Below are positions 51,161-64,000 of a stretch of DNA of 64,000 bases, one piece after another (the first letter of the stretch is position 1; every line of letters starts with the position of its first letter). Under the pieces are notes generated by a model. The model ran no database searches, had not been told where the DNA came from, and worked only from the letters and a program-made list of their open reading frames with translations. This stretch comes from Chrysomallon squamiferum. Lineage: Eukaryota > Animalia > Mollusca. The DNA is taken from assembly GCA_012295275.1 (NCBI GenBank), contig CM022667.1:21266001-21330000 (forward strand). Reading direction: 5' to 3'. The position numbers were made by a program, and so were the translations under genes.

Positions 51161-54100
51161 TTACTTTTGTCAGTCTCACATGGCCTTTCTAATCTTATTT
51201 ATTTTAAGGTTTTATTTGTATTAACAAAGATTGATACCAGTTCAAATAAATCAGTCTCTTGGATGAATACTTCTTTGTTCACAATTAACATTTTTTTCAT
51301 AACTCTACAATTCTTATTCCCACCATCTGCTGCATCCCTAACTGCATTTCAAAATGCTTGTCTTTCGTTCAGATTTTGTTACCACTACAAGCTTTATTCA
51401 TTTGTATTACAGATTAAAAATGAATTATTGCAAACCAATCTGACTAGATCAGTATTAATTTTGAATGACCAAACAGTTTATATATACACATACACACATA
51501 AATGTAAATATATCTTGGAGACAGTATGATTCAAAGATTTTGATGCCTACTTTTATAAAAGAAAACAAAGTTCTGAAAAAAATAATATAAAATATAAATG
51601 GTTCGATAATAATAATAGCAAAAAAAAAAAACCCAAAACAAAAAAATGTATATATATATATATGGTTAAAAACATAAAAAGTTATGGACATGTAAGGGTA
51701 TTCATTAATGTTTTTCATAAAAGACAAATTACAGTTATAATTTAAATATTTTGCTTGGTAGGATTTCTTGTCCACTGGCATTATTTATAGGATAAAAAAA
51801 AAAAAAAAAAATAAAAATTAAATTAAAAATATTAAATAATAATAATAATAATAATTCGTTTTCCATACGCCACATGTTGGAAACATTGAGTTAGGATCAT
51901 TATGTATGTTATATATTTATTTTAGAGGAAAAGCTAAGGGAAAGTGCAGAAGAAGAAAAATCATCAGCGGATGAAGGTCTCAAACAAACGGGTCAAACAG
52001 AAGTCTCACCGGATTTTACATCACAAGAGAAGGTGAAGGTCACAAAACGGAGCGCACCTGCTCAGTCTGCAAACATGGTGAAACGGCGTTATCGAAGTAA
52101 AAATACTGATAAAAGTATGTTGCTTCGAATGGTGATAATATATATTTTGATATAATTTTTCGTAAATATGTATGGTAAACAGAGCATGTTCTATAGACAG
52201 TGTATTACTCGGACGGAAAACATTACATATTACTTTAGCGTGTGCGTCCACGCCGAGTATAAACAAAATGGCGACGGCAGCCATTTCTTATAATTGTAAT
52301 TGCTGTCGTTTGTATTTTGTTGTCTTGTTTTTTATGTTTTGGTGTATTAACATATGTTTTTATTATAATAATTTTGCTTGCATCATAATTCATAATAGTC
52401 TACAATGACTTAATTTTAATTGTTGCAAGATTATCTTACTTTGAATCGAATGTATGGGGCACAATCATCATCATCGTGGTATACCGTATAGAAAATAAAA
52501 TGGGCAAATTCAAAAAATGATAATATATCTTTAATAGAAAATACCCGAAGGTAAAACAAAATCGTAGCATGGATTCAGAAATAAAATATATAAAAAGATG
52601 CAGGACATTTCTGTTAATGAAAATAAAATGATTTTTTTAAAAATTTGATTAATGTAAAAATGAAGGAAAGTATTTAGAAATCTCTGCAAAAGAAATCGAT
52701 GTGACAAATAAAAACTGAAACGTACGTTAACAAAAATACTGAGAAGAAGAAAGTATCTTTTGTATTCACTTCAGTCATTCTATATAAGAAAAAAGTTATG
52801 AATTGCAATAAATGTCCCTGATAAATATAAGATTGTCAATATATATATTAAATGTACCAGTACTTTTAATAAAAAAAACTAAACAAATTTTTGTGGCATC
52901 ATATATTAAAAACTATTAATTAGGATTTCAAATTTTAATAAATATTTTTCTTTTCTTTTTTCAGATGATAAAAAACGTTTAAAAGAAATTGATTCAAATG
53001 GGAAAGAAACCAACATACACAAAAGCAGAGAATCCAGATCCAGATCACGATCACGGTCGAGATCTCGATCACGATCATTATCATCTAGGTAATCATCGCG
53101 TTGCATATTACTCATGTTCTTCCCATTTCAAATAACGAAACTTGCTGAAGTCATGGTACTGAGTTGTTTGTTTTGTATTGGAAATTTTAATTTAAAAAAA
53201 AATGTATACATTTTTTATTATTATTATTAATTGATTTTTTAACATTAAGAAAAGATTTAAATAGGTTTTAAGAAAATATTTTATTAAATTCAACTTTCCA
53301 CAAATGGTTATTAATGTTTACTTCATTAAATATCTGTAGATGTCTGCTTATTATTATATTTTTTTTTTTTGTTGTTTAGTAACTAATTTTATTTTATAAG
53401 TTGTAAGCTAACTGTAATGTATTTGTATCTTGGTATACCTTTTTATTACTATATTTATTATTATTTTTTTTAATGAACTATAGCAGTGTTGACTTAGTTT
53501 TTAAAAAGATCATTTGAGTGTTGCTAAATTTTGTGCCAACTAGAATTACATAGAATATCATTGTTAAATAGCAGGGTTATTTTTTCTGATGAATATTGCT
53601 TTCAATTTTTGATTTTGATATTAATTTTTATAGATATAGCTGTTAAAATAATTATGGCAACATTTTACTAATTCTTTTTATAAGAATGTGATAATGATAT
53701 TGACCTCATTAGAAAACTGCACATTCAGTGTATGTGGAATATATTTGGATAAGTTGCATTTTTCAAAATACCTTTTGCATTACTTAATGGTACCATGACT
53801 TTTGAATGTTCTTGATTTGCAGAGATATTGCTTTGTGTACATAAATATATTAGCTTTAAGACGATACAAATCAGCTATGCTCTGCAGAGTTTTTGAAATA
53901 CCAGCACCTTTGTTGCTGTAGATGCTTTTGATTGTTAAAATTAACTAGGCATTAACAAGACTATAGTCATTGTATTTTAAGGTGCACACCCACATTTTAC
54001 AGACACCTCTCTATTCATTTGAGGTGTATTGAAGAAGATGTATCTTCCAATCATAACTAATGGAATTTTGACTAACAAAAGAACGTGGGGTGGGGGGCAA

Positions 54101-55606
54101 TTGCTGTTATTGTCTTTTACAACAATTCACTGTTACACAGTGCATTTTTTAATTGAATAACAGTTGGCCCACCTTATCCACATACAGAAAAAAACCCAAC
54201 AAAAAAACCCTGCTGTATGATAAAAAGATGTAATTTTACCCTGTAACCATTCATAATAGGAAACCAGATACACAGGTACCATTAAGAACTGCTAAAACCC
54301 ATGTAAATTACACTGACTAGAAAATCTGGGAAGTTGTATATGTCACCTTGAGTGTACAGTTTACAGATGTTTTCAAACTGCAGATAAGGTGGATTGGCTA
54401 CAATTATATTTTTGATTAAATGGGTTTGTTTATTAGACATACAGATCAATACACATTGTCCATGAACCAAATATATGTCATGGTCGTGGTCATCTAAATT
54501 ATTTTACATGTAAGCTGCTGTCTTTAAACAAATTTTAGTTGGATCTATTATCATTCATCGTGTAGATATATTTTTAGCAAATATAGTTGTGAATATATGA
54601 ATTATTAATAATTAAATAAGATTAAACATAAATCAACCAAAATGTAGCATTGCTTGAAAGGATCTTTAACATTTATTTGGTAAAGATTCTGTTTATGCTG
54701 TAGTTAATAATTCAATATTTATAGATGATACTTACCTGAATACAGAAATTTATGTCAAGGAGCAGCATATTTTGTTTCTAAATTTTGCTTTCCAACCAAA
54801 AATGACAACTGATTTTGTCAGTTCACTCTTTTTAACAGCAGCAAAAATTACTCATTTCTGCCATTATATTTGTAGATAATAATTAAAATGTTTTTACAGC
54901 ATTAAAATTGTATAAATGTAACAGCCACTTAGGTCATCTTTTTAAAATAAGCAATATTAATTTTATATCGGAAAATGACATTTAAAAAAAAATTACTTAT
55001 GTAATTAAGAAACACTGACTGAACTGGTAAGTGACAAAGCAACCACTGAAATTGAACAATTTTCTAAAACAAATAGGTAAATGCCTTAGAGATATACATA
55101 TATTTTGTTGAAAAGTACATAACAGCATGCTCCTACCCTTTAAATGGACAGCTTGATTACTGGATTAAGAAAATGACAGTTATAAATAGTAATTTGTTGC
55201 CATGCCATTAATAATATAAAAACAAAATACATTGCTGTAAGCATAAGTTATTTTCTTAAGTTTGTACAGTTTTCTGCTACTTAAACAATAACTGCTTTAT
55301 TCAAGTTCATATAATATTTAAGCATTTTATTTGATTTCAAAGCATGAAAAATGATTCTTTTTAACATTAATTTAGCAGAGAAAAAGAATGAATGAAAAAA
55401 ATTCAAAGTGAATGTTTGAAATTAAGCTTTAAATACTTGCATTAAGGACATGAATTTAAGTTATAATTTTATTTAATTAAAATTTGTTTTTGGTTTTTAA
55501 CAAACAATATTTATTCAATAACTATTTTACCACTTCAGTTGTATCTACATTTTTGATGGATGACAGTTTTCATTATATTTTTATCAATTTTAAGTTTTTA
55601 TTATTA

Positions 55607-55654
<48 letters not shown>

Positions 55655-58600
55655 ATGAGTATATATATTTTTGGTATTGTACATTTTCATTTTGTTCTGC
55701 TTTTTTTTTTTCATCAAGATTTTAGTCAAAACAATTCTGATTGTTAAAATCTTAGTAATTTGTGAATGAACACTTGTACACTGACATAACTGCAATGAAA
55801 TGACAGTCCTGAAGGGTTTGACATATTGTCAATTTCATAAGGGGTTGTTCAGAATTATTAATATTTTCATGGTCATACAATGTGTGTGACCTGAGATATG
55901 TTTTTCTTAGAGTTGTGTGAGCACTGTTAAATAAGATAGTTTTTTTTAATTTGTTTTATTCATAATTGCTAATGTCTGGCATATGTATCTAATTTTGTTT
56001 GTGTAAGACTCCGTTAGAGTAAGTTTACAAGTGACAGTTTTACTTTTTATAACAGTTGTTAAGGCAAATTAAAATCGGAACAAACAAAATCCACTCTAGA
56101 CCATGAAAATGTTGATTTTTTGGACACCCATATGATACGCATGTCCTTTGATGTACATGTATGTATGCGCATCCTGTGTGTGTGTGTGTGTGAGTGTAGT
56201 TCTTTCTTATATTTTTGTTACTTTAAAAAATACACACATTTGCACATGCTGCCTATTGTACTTAATGTACATTTATGCTTAGGCAGTCTTGGTACTGCTG
56301 ACAATATATGTGCATTGTAAATAGCATTCAAACTGTAACAGCCTGTCAGAATTTGTTGTCACTGAAACTAAAATAGATTGACATTTTCTCCAACTGTATC
56401 TTCATTGTCATTGTAGAAATTCATTAATGAATAAAAAAGTAAAACACATGCGCCTGGTTGTTCCGTGTCCACTTGTTTCTTGTGCGCTTTGTTGTCTGTG
56501 AAACTATTTTATTTCAGTGCCCACACCTGACAAACTGTTTAATGAATGTTAATTTACAGTGACACTAAATTTTATTAGGCATATTTTCCTATGCATAACA
56601 GATCTTAAATCGAAATTATTCACAAAAACAGTATTTACTTAAATAAGATAGCTACATAAATTTAATGTATACGTAATTTATATAATGGGTTTGTAATATT
56701 TACATAAGCATATGTTCCTATTCTTTCAAAAGATAAATATTTATCACATTTTTAATTATTTGATCAATATTTATTCATACTTTTGCTTTATTGCAACAAC
56801 CCCTGACACTTTAGATATCAATTGATTCATTTCATTGTTAGAATATTTATATGTATAACGTCCAGTGTTTTACATTGTATAACAGCGTGTAATTTTCAAG
56901 TCCTAAAATAAACTGGAGTGCTATCTACACATTAATTTGTAAATTCATATGTTTCTGCTATATGAATATATCACATTATTATTAATTTTTAAGAATTGCT
57001 TAATTACCATCTTAAAAAGAATCTTTCCTCTGTTCTGGGCACAGCCTTTCACTGATAAATAATTTTAAAAACATTTAACAGATCAGTTTATATATTTTTA
57101 TTGGTAATCATGCCAAACAAAATTTGTACAGATCTGAATTTTTTCTTTATTATGAGGAAGAAAAGTCATATTTTGACCCTTTCATCTTTATAAAGTATTT
57201 TATGAATTTAATTGTTTAGAAGGATACTTTCTACATAATCAAGAAATATATATGAATTTTACAAATTTTTATTTATAATTTTAAACACAAATTGTACATT
57301 AGGTAGTTAAAAATATAAAAAGATGTAAATATTTAATTTTGAATGTCAACTTTAATAAAAAATAAAGTAGAAATAAAATAAATGACAAAGGAGACTGTTA
57401 AATGTAACATTGCAGTTTAATTTTACAATTTATCACACCACAGTACTGGATGCCACCATTTAATTTATACTGCAGACAAAATGTTAAAGTATGTTAATGT
57501 TTTTGTAAAACAATCTGCATATAAATAAGAAAATGTGTAAACGGATGGGTAAAATACAAAGGGCATGGTCATAAATTTCCTTTTTATTGACTTCAGTTTA
57601 TTTTCTATTTTATTTGCTGATGTAGCACTAGCAGATCTCTGTTTACAGTATGGTTTTGAATTGAAGTCTTATTAAAGTAAATAGATATATGTAACAAATT
57701 TGTCTATTAATGTTTTTAAAAAATGCATTCGTTAAGGCCATCTTTTCATGAATGTTGAAACAAATCAAAAGATTTGGGTATTCAAGTTGATATGCAATAA
57801 CTTACTTTTTATAAATTTTTTCTCCAGAGATAAAAACAAATCCACTTACGCTTGTTAAAAAACAAAACAAAAAAACCCCTTTATAGATGGGTTGTGTTTT
57901 TGTATTGTGTGTTAGTTTTAATTGGCTACTGTGGAGATAAAATGAATTTATTCAATCATGAAAATGTAATTTGGAGACAAAGGAAATAAAACATACAAAT
58001 CTAAAATTTAAAGAAAATATGATTTCTCAAACTTCCTCAAACTAAATGTTTTTCATAAACATGAAGGTAATTTTCAGAGGGTTTTAAGTAACTTAAAGCA
58101 AAAAAAAAAAAAAAAGTATTTACATATGTATTTAAAAATAATTGTTGCATCCAAGTGTTAGTCATTGTTTGGTACTCTCTTGGATGTAATATAGTCATGC
58201 TGGTTAGAGTATAATTGTGGTGATTAAAAATGTTTTCTGATCAAAACAGCTATTTATATACCAGTATAAACAAATAAAAATGCTTTATTTTATTACAACT
58301 TAGATAAAAATAATAATTATAATAAAAAAATCACAATAGATTATTAGTAGCTATTGCAAGCATTTTGATATTCTCATTCATAAGTAAAATAACATTGCAG
58401 TATATTTGTTAAATTTTAAAGTAATGTATTCTATATATTTCCAGTAAATAACGGATCTGATTAAAATCTACAAAATCCATGTAGCACCATCATTTTTTTT
58501 TTTAATAAATAAGAATTATGAGATTAACAAATTATATAAACTTTCATTTCCTCACAGGATTTTAATTAATTTGCACTTAAGAAGTTTGGCAGATACAGCA

Positions 58601-61600
58601 ATCATTCTGTTGAGAAAAATATATTTTTATATTTTCAGTCCTCAACCTAAAGCATCTAGAAGCAGAAGAGCACCTAAACTTGATTCTCCTCCAAGACAAT
58701 CAAGCAGACTTTCATCTAGACAGAGAGCAACAAAGAATCGTAAATCACCTTCTCCTTCATCTGATTCTTCAAGATCTAAATCAGCACATTCAGATTTGAG
58801 TAATGATGACACTGAAGAAGAAGTGATGGAATCACCAACCAGAGGCCGTGGTAGAGGCAGAGGAAGAGGCCGTGGACGAGGGCGAGGAAAGGCAAAAGCA
58901 AAGCAGCATGTTTCATCAGATGATTCCAATTCTCCCCTTGCTGAAAAAGTTTGTAAATGCTTTCCATCAGTAGTTTCACAAAAATCATACGTGTTCAGTC
59001 ATTAATGTTTAATCAGTAAAATTCGGAACATGGTATTGAAAAAAAATAGCAGTTTTGAAAGATTCCTTGGTTGTACGTAAAACTGTTGCTCATACAAAAT
59101 CCAAAATTAGACACAAGATGGAATACATTTTTAACCGAGCTTGTTTAAAAAAAAACCTTCATTGTTTCAGGCTCTGAATAAATGTAGTGTGTCACAGGAG
59201 GATATCTTTAGCATAAAAAGTTTTAATTATTTGTTTGTAAGGTAACAAACAAGTCCCAGCAAAAAGAAAACCGAACAACTGTTAGTCTTTTCTTCTCTGC
59301 AGATGTATTTACTTTCTAAACCATGAATCTAGTAGTTGAGTATCTTGGTTTTTAACGTCTTTAGTAATAAGATCATATTCAGTTTTTTGCCATGTAATTT
59401 GTGGGAGTTTTAAACTCCTAAAACTGCTTTAAAAAGTATTTCATAAAAACATTTAATTAATTTTTAGGTAGTATTGGCAAGTTCTAAATTACATTTCTTG
59501 TCTTTCTAAAAGATATTGTCATTTATGACTTTGTTGGGGTGTTGTATATATTTTACAATCATTAATATTATGAACATAGTGTTTATTCATTTGTAGGAAC
59601 CAGTGCCTATACATAAATCAACCAGAAGTAGACGTTCCAGTGAAAAACAAGAGAGCATGAAAGTGGATATAGAGGAAACTAAAATAAAAAATGAATTACC
59701 TAGTCGAAGGGCATCAGGTCATAAAGAGAAGAAATCATCTGTCACAGAAAAGGAGGTGCCAAAGGAAATGAAAAGTTCAGGTGATGCTAAAGATGTTTCT
59801 ATACCTCATGAAGAAACCACTGATATTGCCAAAAAGAGATTGTCTGATTTGAAAGCAAAACGGCCACAGTCTTCAGAAGAACAAACTGACACAAAAGACA
59901 AATCATCTTTCCAGACAGAAGAGATATCACTGACCAAAATTAATTCTGAAATGACAGCAACAGAGTCATTATCAGAAAAACTACAGACAGAAACTAAATC
60001 AGACTCCAAAAAAACCATTTTACCTGAAGTAAAAGGTAAGGCAGCTAATTATGAAACAGATAAAAAATCATTGCTATCAGAAGAGACTGAAGAAAATATT
60101 AAGGCAGAAAACGAAAGTAATACACCAACTCCTATAGAAATTCCTAATGAAAGCAGTGTTTATACAGGTAAAGAAAAAATATCTTCACCGAAAAGGGATG
60201 AAGAAATGAAGATAGATAATAAGGAGAAAGGATCACCTATGGAGATATGTGATGAAACTGATACAAACATTAAAACAAATGTATTGATCAATAAAGAAGA
60301 AACAAAAGTTACAGAATCTGAAGCTGTAGAAAAGAAAGAAGTGTTGGAAGTGAAACAGAAAAAGTCTGTTGAATCACTGAAAAGTAGTGAAAAGCAGACA
60401 GTTTCAGAATTACCTGAACAAGCATTGGCTGTTGAAAGTGAAATGCCAGTTGTGGAAGGGGAACAAAAAAATGAAACAAATTTATCACAAGATGAGAGCT
60501 CTGTGAAACTGCTAAAGCCTACAGCATCATATAGTGAGGTTTCAGATGAAACTTCAAAACAGGATTCTGAAACCAGTTTGGGGAAAAAAGTAACTAGAAA
60601 AATTCGCAGGTGGAATGCACCAAAAGTAGAAAAAATGCCAAGTGAAAAAATTGAAAAAGAAGAAATTGCTGAAGGTGCACCGTCTCCAAAGAAGGCTAGA
60701 TGTTGGTCTTTTAGTGCAGAGAAAGTTGGTGATTCTAAATCCGATTCCAAAATCGAAGATATTGAAACAAATCCAGAAGAAAGAGAAATGGATGTTGGAC
60801 AGGCTCATTCAGTACATAAAGAGGAAAGAGAGGAAAAACAGTTAACACATGAAGTAGATAAAGAATCATTACCACAAATGGAGAAAGACTTGACACATCA
60901 AAAGGAGAGTAAGACAGTACCTCCAGAGGAGGTTACATTAACACAACAGGAAAATAAGCTGATACACCAAAAGGAGAGTAAGAATTCAAATCAACAGGAA
61001 TTTAAAAATGCAAACCAGGAGGAAGGTACGAATACACACCCAGAAGAGAGTAAGGATACACACCCTGAAGAGTGTAAGGATACACACCCCGAAGAGAGTA
61101 AGGATACACACCTGGAAGAAAGTAAGGATACACATCCAGAAGAGAGTAAGGATAGACAGCCAAAAGAGAGTAAGGATACACATCGGGAAGAGAGTAAGGA
61201 TACACACCCAGAAGAAAGTAAGGATACACATCCAGAAGAGAGTAAGGATAGACAGCCAAAAGAGAGTAAAGATACACACCCAAAGGAGAGTAAGGATTCA
61301 CACCCGGAAGAGAGTAAGGATTCACACCCGGAAGAGAGTAAGGATTCACACCCGGAAGAGAGTAAGGATACACCCCTGGAAGAAAGTAAGGATACACCCC
61401 AGGAAGAGAGTAAGGATACACCCCTGGAAGAAAGTAAGGATACACCCCAGGAAGAGAGTAAGGATACACACCCAGAAGAGAGTATGGATACACACTTAGA
61501 GAAGAGTAACGATATACATCGGGAAAAGAAGAAGAATATCCATCAGGAGGAGAGTAAGGATATACATCATGAAAAAAGTAAAATAATGCACCAGGAAGAA

Positions 61601-62174
61601 AATAAGATGACAAATCAGGAAGATGGAGAATCAACAAATAAAGAGGAGGCAACACTTGAATGCAAGAAAGTCTTAAGAAACCAAGAGGAAATGGTTCGAA
61701 AACAAGATAAGGAAATAGATGAATCAAATGAACAAAATATCCAGATGGAAACGGAGGAATTGAAACTACATAAACAAGAAATTTCTAATAAAATTGAAAA
61801 ATCTTCCAGTGACTCTTCAGCCAAACAAATACCAACCTCTGTCCAGAGTTCTTTAAAGAAACCACAGTCATCGGGAGAAAGTGATACATCATCAGAGTCT
61901 GGAGATGAGGATAAAGACAATCAGAATAAGAGCAGCATTTCCAGTTCAGATGATGAAAAAAGTTGTCCATCTGTAAAAAATGCAGCATCTGATTCTGACA
62001 GAAATAATTCATCAGATGAAGAGGGAACAGCACAGCAGGAAACTGAAGATCAGAAGACAAATCAGAAAGAAGAAATAAAGTATGTTTCAGTTGATAAAAG
62101 TAATAATTAATTTGAAATATGTTCTAAATACTGTTTTAGAAATTCTTTGAAGGTAGATTGTAAGACTATCCTGT

Positions 62175-62205
<31 letters not shown>

Positions 62206-62835
62206 TGTTACAAAATTAGCTTTTTATTACCTCCGACATTTTGTCTGATGATACAGAACAATAATAAGATATTGTATTAAAAATAAAATTAAAATAAAGA
62301 TAACCATACTAAAATGTATTTGATACCAGCTTTTTTTTTTCTTTTTTTTTATAATTACTAAAAGGAACTTTTTAAACAAAAAACCCATAACTTTAAAGTG
62401 CACGAAATAATAATAAACTTTATTAGCAGTACACTATGTATGGTGTGAAAAAAGAAAGGTCAGACAGGTACCAGTTTAAAATAACAGGCATTTTTGTTTT
62501 CATAGATGACCAAAAGAAAATTACAAAAGCATTTTCCAGAACGTGATTGCTAATGATATTTTTTATGAAATTATTATTTAAAAAAAAAAAAAAATACAAA
62601 TACAACAACATATGTGATGTAATTTCTTATTCAGATCTGAAACTATAGCTATGGATATTGACCCTCCAAAGCCAACTGAGGATGAAACAACGAAGGTTAG
62701 TTTTATTTCTAGATAGATTTTAAATTATTTTGTATCTCTTACAGAAACAGTAGAATATTGAGTGTTGCATCAGTTTTATTTCTATACAATACTTGTGGAA
62801 GCTGCTTATTAATTTAAAAAAAAAAAAAAAAATAA

Positions 62836-62888
<53 letters not shown>

Positions 62889-64000
62889 TTATCTTGTAAT
62901 TGATTTTAAGATTCATGATAAACAGTTGTTAGTTTAAAGTTCAGTTAATTTTTATTACATAAAATTCAGTGGAATTTAAATAAATAAATAAATTACAAAA
63001 AAAAAAATAATAATAATAATAAAAAAAAAAAAAATCATACAAAAAAAGAACACCACTAAAATATTTGGCCATATCTTATATTCTCATACTGTATTGTCTC
63101 CACTATGTGGTAGATAGGGGGAGAATCAAGCCCAAGTTCTCTGAAACTTGGTTCATGGTCGTGCCTGGAGGTGAGATGTCAGGTTTTGCCGATTTCCAAC
63201 CCCTGACTGCAATGTCAATCCTATGTTGCCATGAGGTCGAATGTCTTCCCAAGAAACTAGTTCAAAAGACTTAGCACACATTTATTACTAACTCTTTAAA
63301 ATGTTGTGGCTTAAGGAACGATATTAATTAGCCAAACCTGAGAAAATAAAGAAATAATGACAGACATTCACTGTTCAGGCAGTCCTGACTTCCAAGAAAA
63401 AGAAATGGTACATCAGTACTCATTTTCAAAACAAAGGAACACTAGAAACAAAAAACATTCTTTGAAGTGGTATTGTTTTTGTTTTTTTTAACTTTCTTGG
63501 AAGTGGAATGTGTATTATGTGATGACAGATTTGAACAAATAAAAACTATAATGTGACAGACAGCTGGTATTTTTCAGTGGAGTACTGACTATTGAATGAT
63601 AAAAAATATCAGAGATGTATTCAGAAAATAGTACAGTACTTTTAAGGAAGAGAGAAGTTTGAACAATTTTGTTGTGCATATCTGCAATCTGTTTGTGTGA
63701 AATATAACAACATGAAGAAACGTTTTAACAAAACAGTGAAAACTGCTTTGTGGATAGAGTGAGAATTATCAAAGTGTGAAATATTAAATAGAGCTGTTGT
63801 TTTAGAAACTTGTAAAATGGATAATCAATTAATGAAAGAAATTTGAAATGTATTCATTTCATTTATTCAAAAGGAACTTCTTGTTTCTATATGTGGATGT
63901 TATCACAGTTCATTTGTAGTTCAGATACTAAACAGTTTGGAAAGATGCTATGTTAATCAGCTTAAAAAAGAAAATGAACTTTTTTCTCCAGAAACTCTCG
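45901..64000 (+). CDS. ACIN1: Apoptotic chromatin condensation inducer (Acinus), 5' part; gene continues beyond the window
   Basis: Exons 45901-46038, 46476-46527, 47676-47704, 48923-49022, 51926-52114, 52965-53088, 58639-58948, 59597-62079, 62635-62695, next exon starting 63992; phases consistent. SAP domain INGKSVDDLRITDLKLECDKRGLSKAGSKTMIAERLK followed by LLLEKLQK and NDFIRQYFEQQQ, matching Acinus (LMLENLQK...NSFIKQYLEKQQ). RS and RG repeats and a long acidic region follow. The RRM is not in the window. Confidence 0.85.
52238..52300 (+). promoter_or_regulatory. Candidate internal promoter/alternative first exon of ACIN1
   Basis: CpG-rich patch with YY1-type CAAAATGGCG and an inverted GCCATTT; ATG at 52268 and phase-1 donor T|gtaatt at 52295/52296. 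Confidence 0.4.
56430..56500 (+). terminator. Candidate intronic polyadenylation site in ACIN1 intron 6
   Basis: AATAAA at 56430-56435 followed ~20 nt later by a long GT-rich element (ctggttgttccgtgtccacttgtttcttgtgcgctttgttgtctgtg); TGTA motifs upstream. Confidence 0.5.
61031..61510 (+). repeat. Coding 24-bp minisatellite, ~20 core copies of DTHPEESK plus degenerate flanking copies, in the giant ACIN1 exon
   Basis: Unit gatacacacccagaagagagtaag is visible in the DNA and in the 835-aa ORF. Confidence 0.95.

Noticed and set aside
58642-60845. Antisense and off-frame ORFs over ACIN1 exons, also over ANKAR-like, CIAO2B and fusion-gene exons
   Set aside because: Shadow ORFs of real coding exons.
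60986-61727. Long overlapping ORFs (241 aa minus, 163 aa plus, 97 aa minus) with periodic sequence
   Set aside because: By-products of the 24-bp coding repeat lacking stops in several frames; no independent gene signals.

Overview
AT-rich, intron-rich eukaryotic (animal) DNA, probably a mollusc/gastropod (inferred from gene content, microsatellite style and SINE-like remnants; not proven). I hand-spliced six protein-coding genes with phase-consistent exons: (1) a two-domain plant-type phosphoethanolamine N-methyltransferase (+, 6677-15653); (2) directly downstream on the same strand, an unusual fusion of a CDP-alcohol phosphotransferase and a TagD/HxGH-type cytidylyltransferase (+, 18369-22838); (3) a small stand-alone Schlafen/AlbA_2-domain protein (-, 27323 to ~24262) with a GC-AG intron; (4) CIAO2B/FAM96B (+, 28127-30526) with a U12 AT-AC intron; (5) an ankyrin-armadillo (ANKAR-like) gene (-, 41630-32952); (6) the 5' part of ACIN1/Acinus (+, from 45901, running off the window). 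The most interesting signal is genes 1+2. Together they encode methylate -> CMP-activate -> transfer-to-alcohol chemistry, a candidate two-gene lipid head-group cluster (phosphocholine or N-methyl-aminoethylphosphonate). Substrates and co-regulation are inference only. Other notable signals are a 55-bp tandem repeat that multiplies a PMT splice acceptor, and candidate internal-promoter, intronic-polyA and cassette-exon features in ACIN1.
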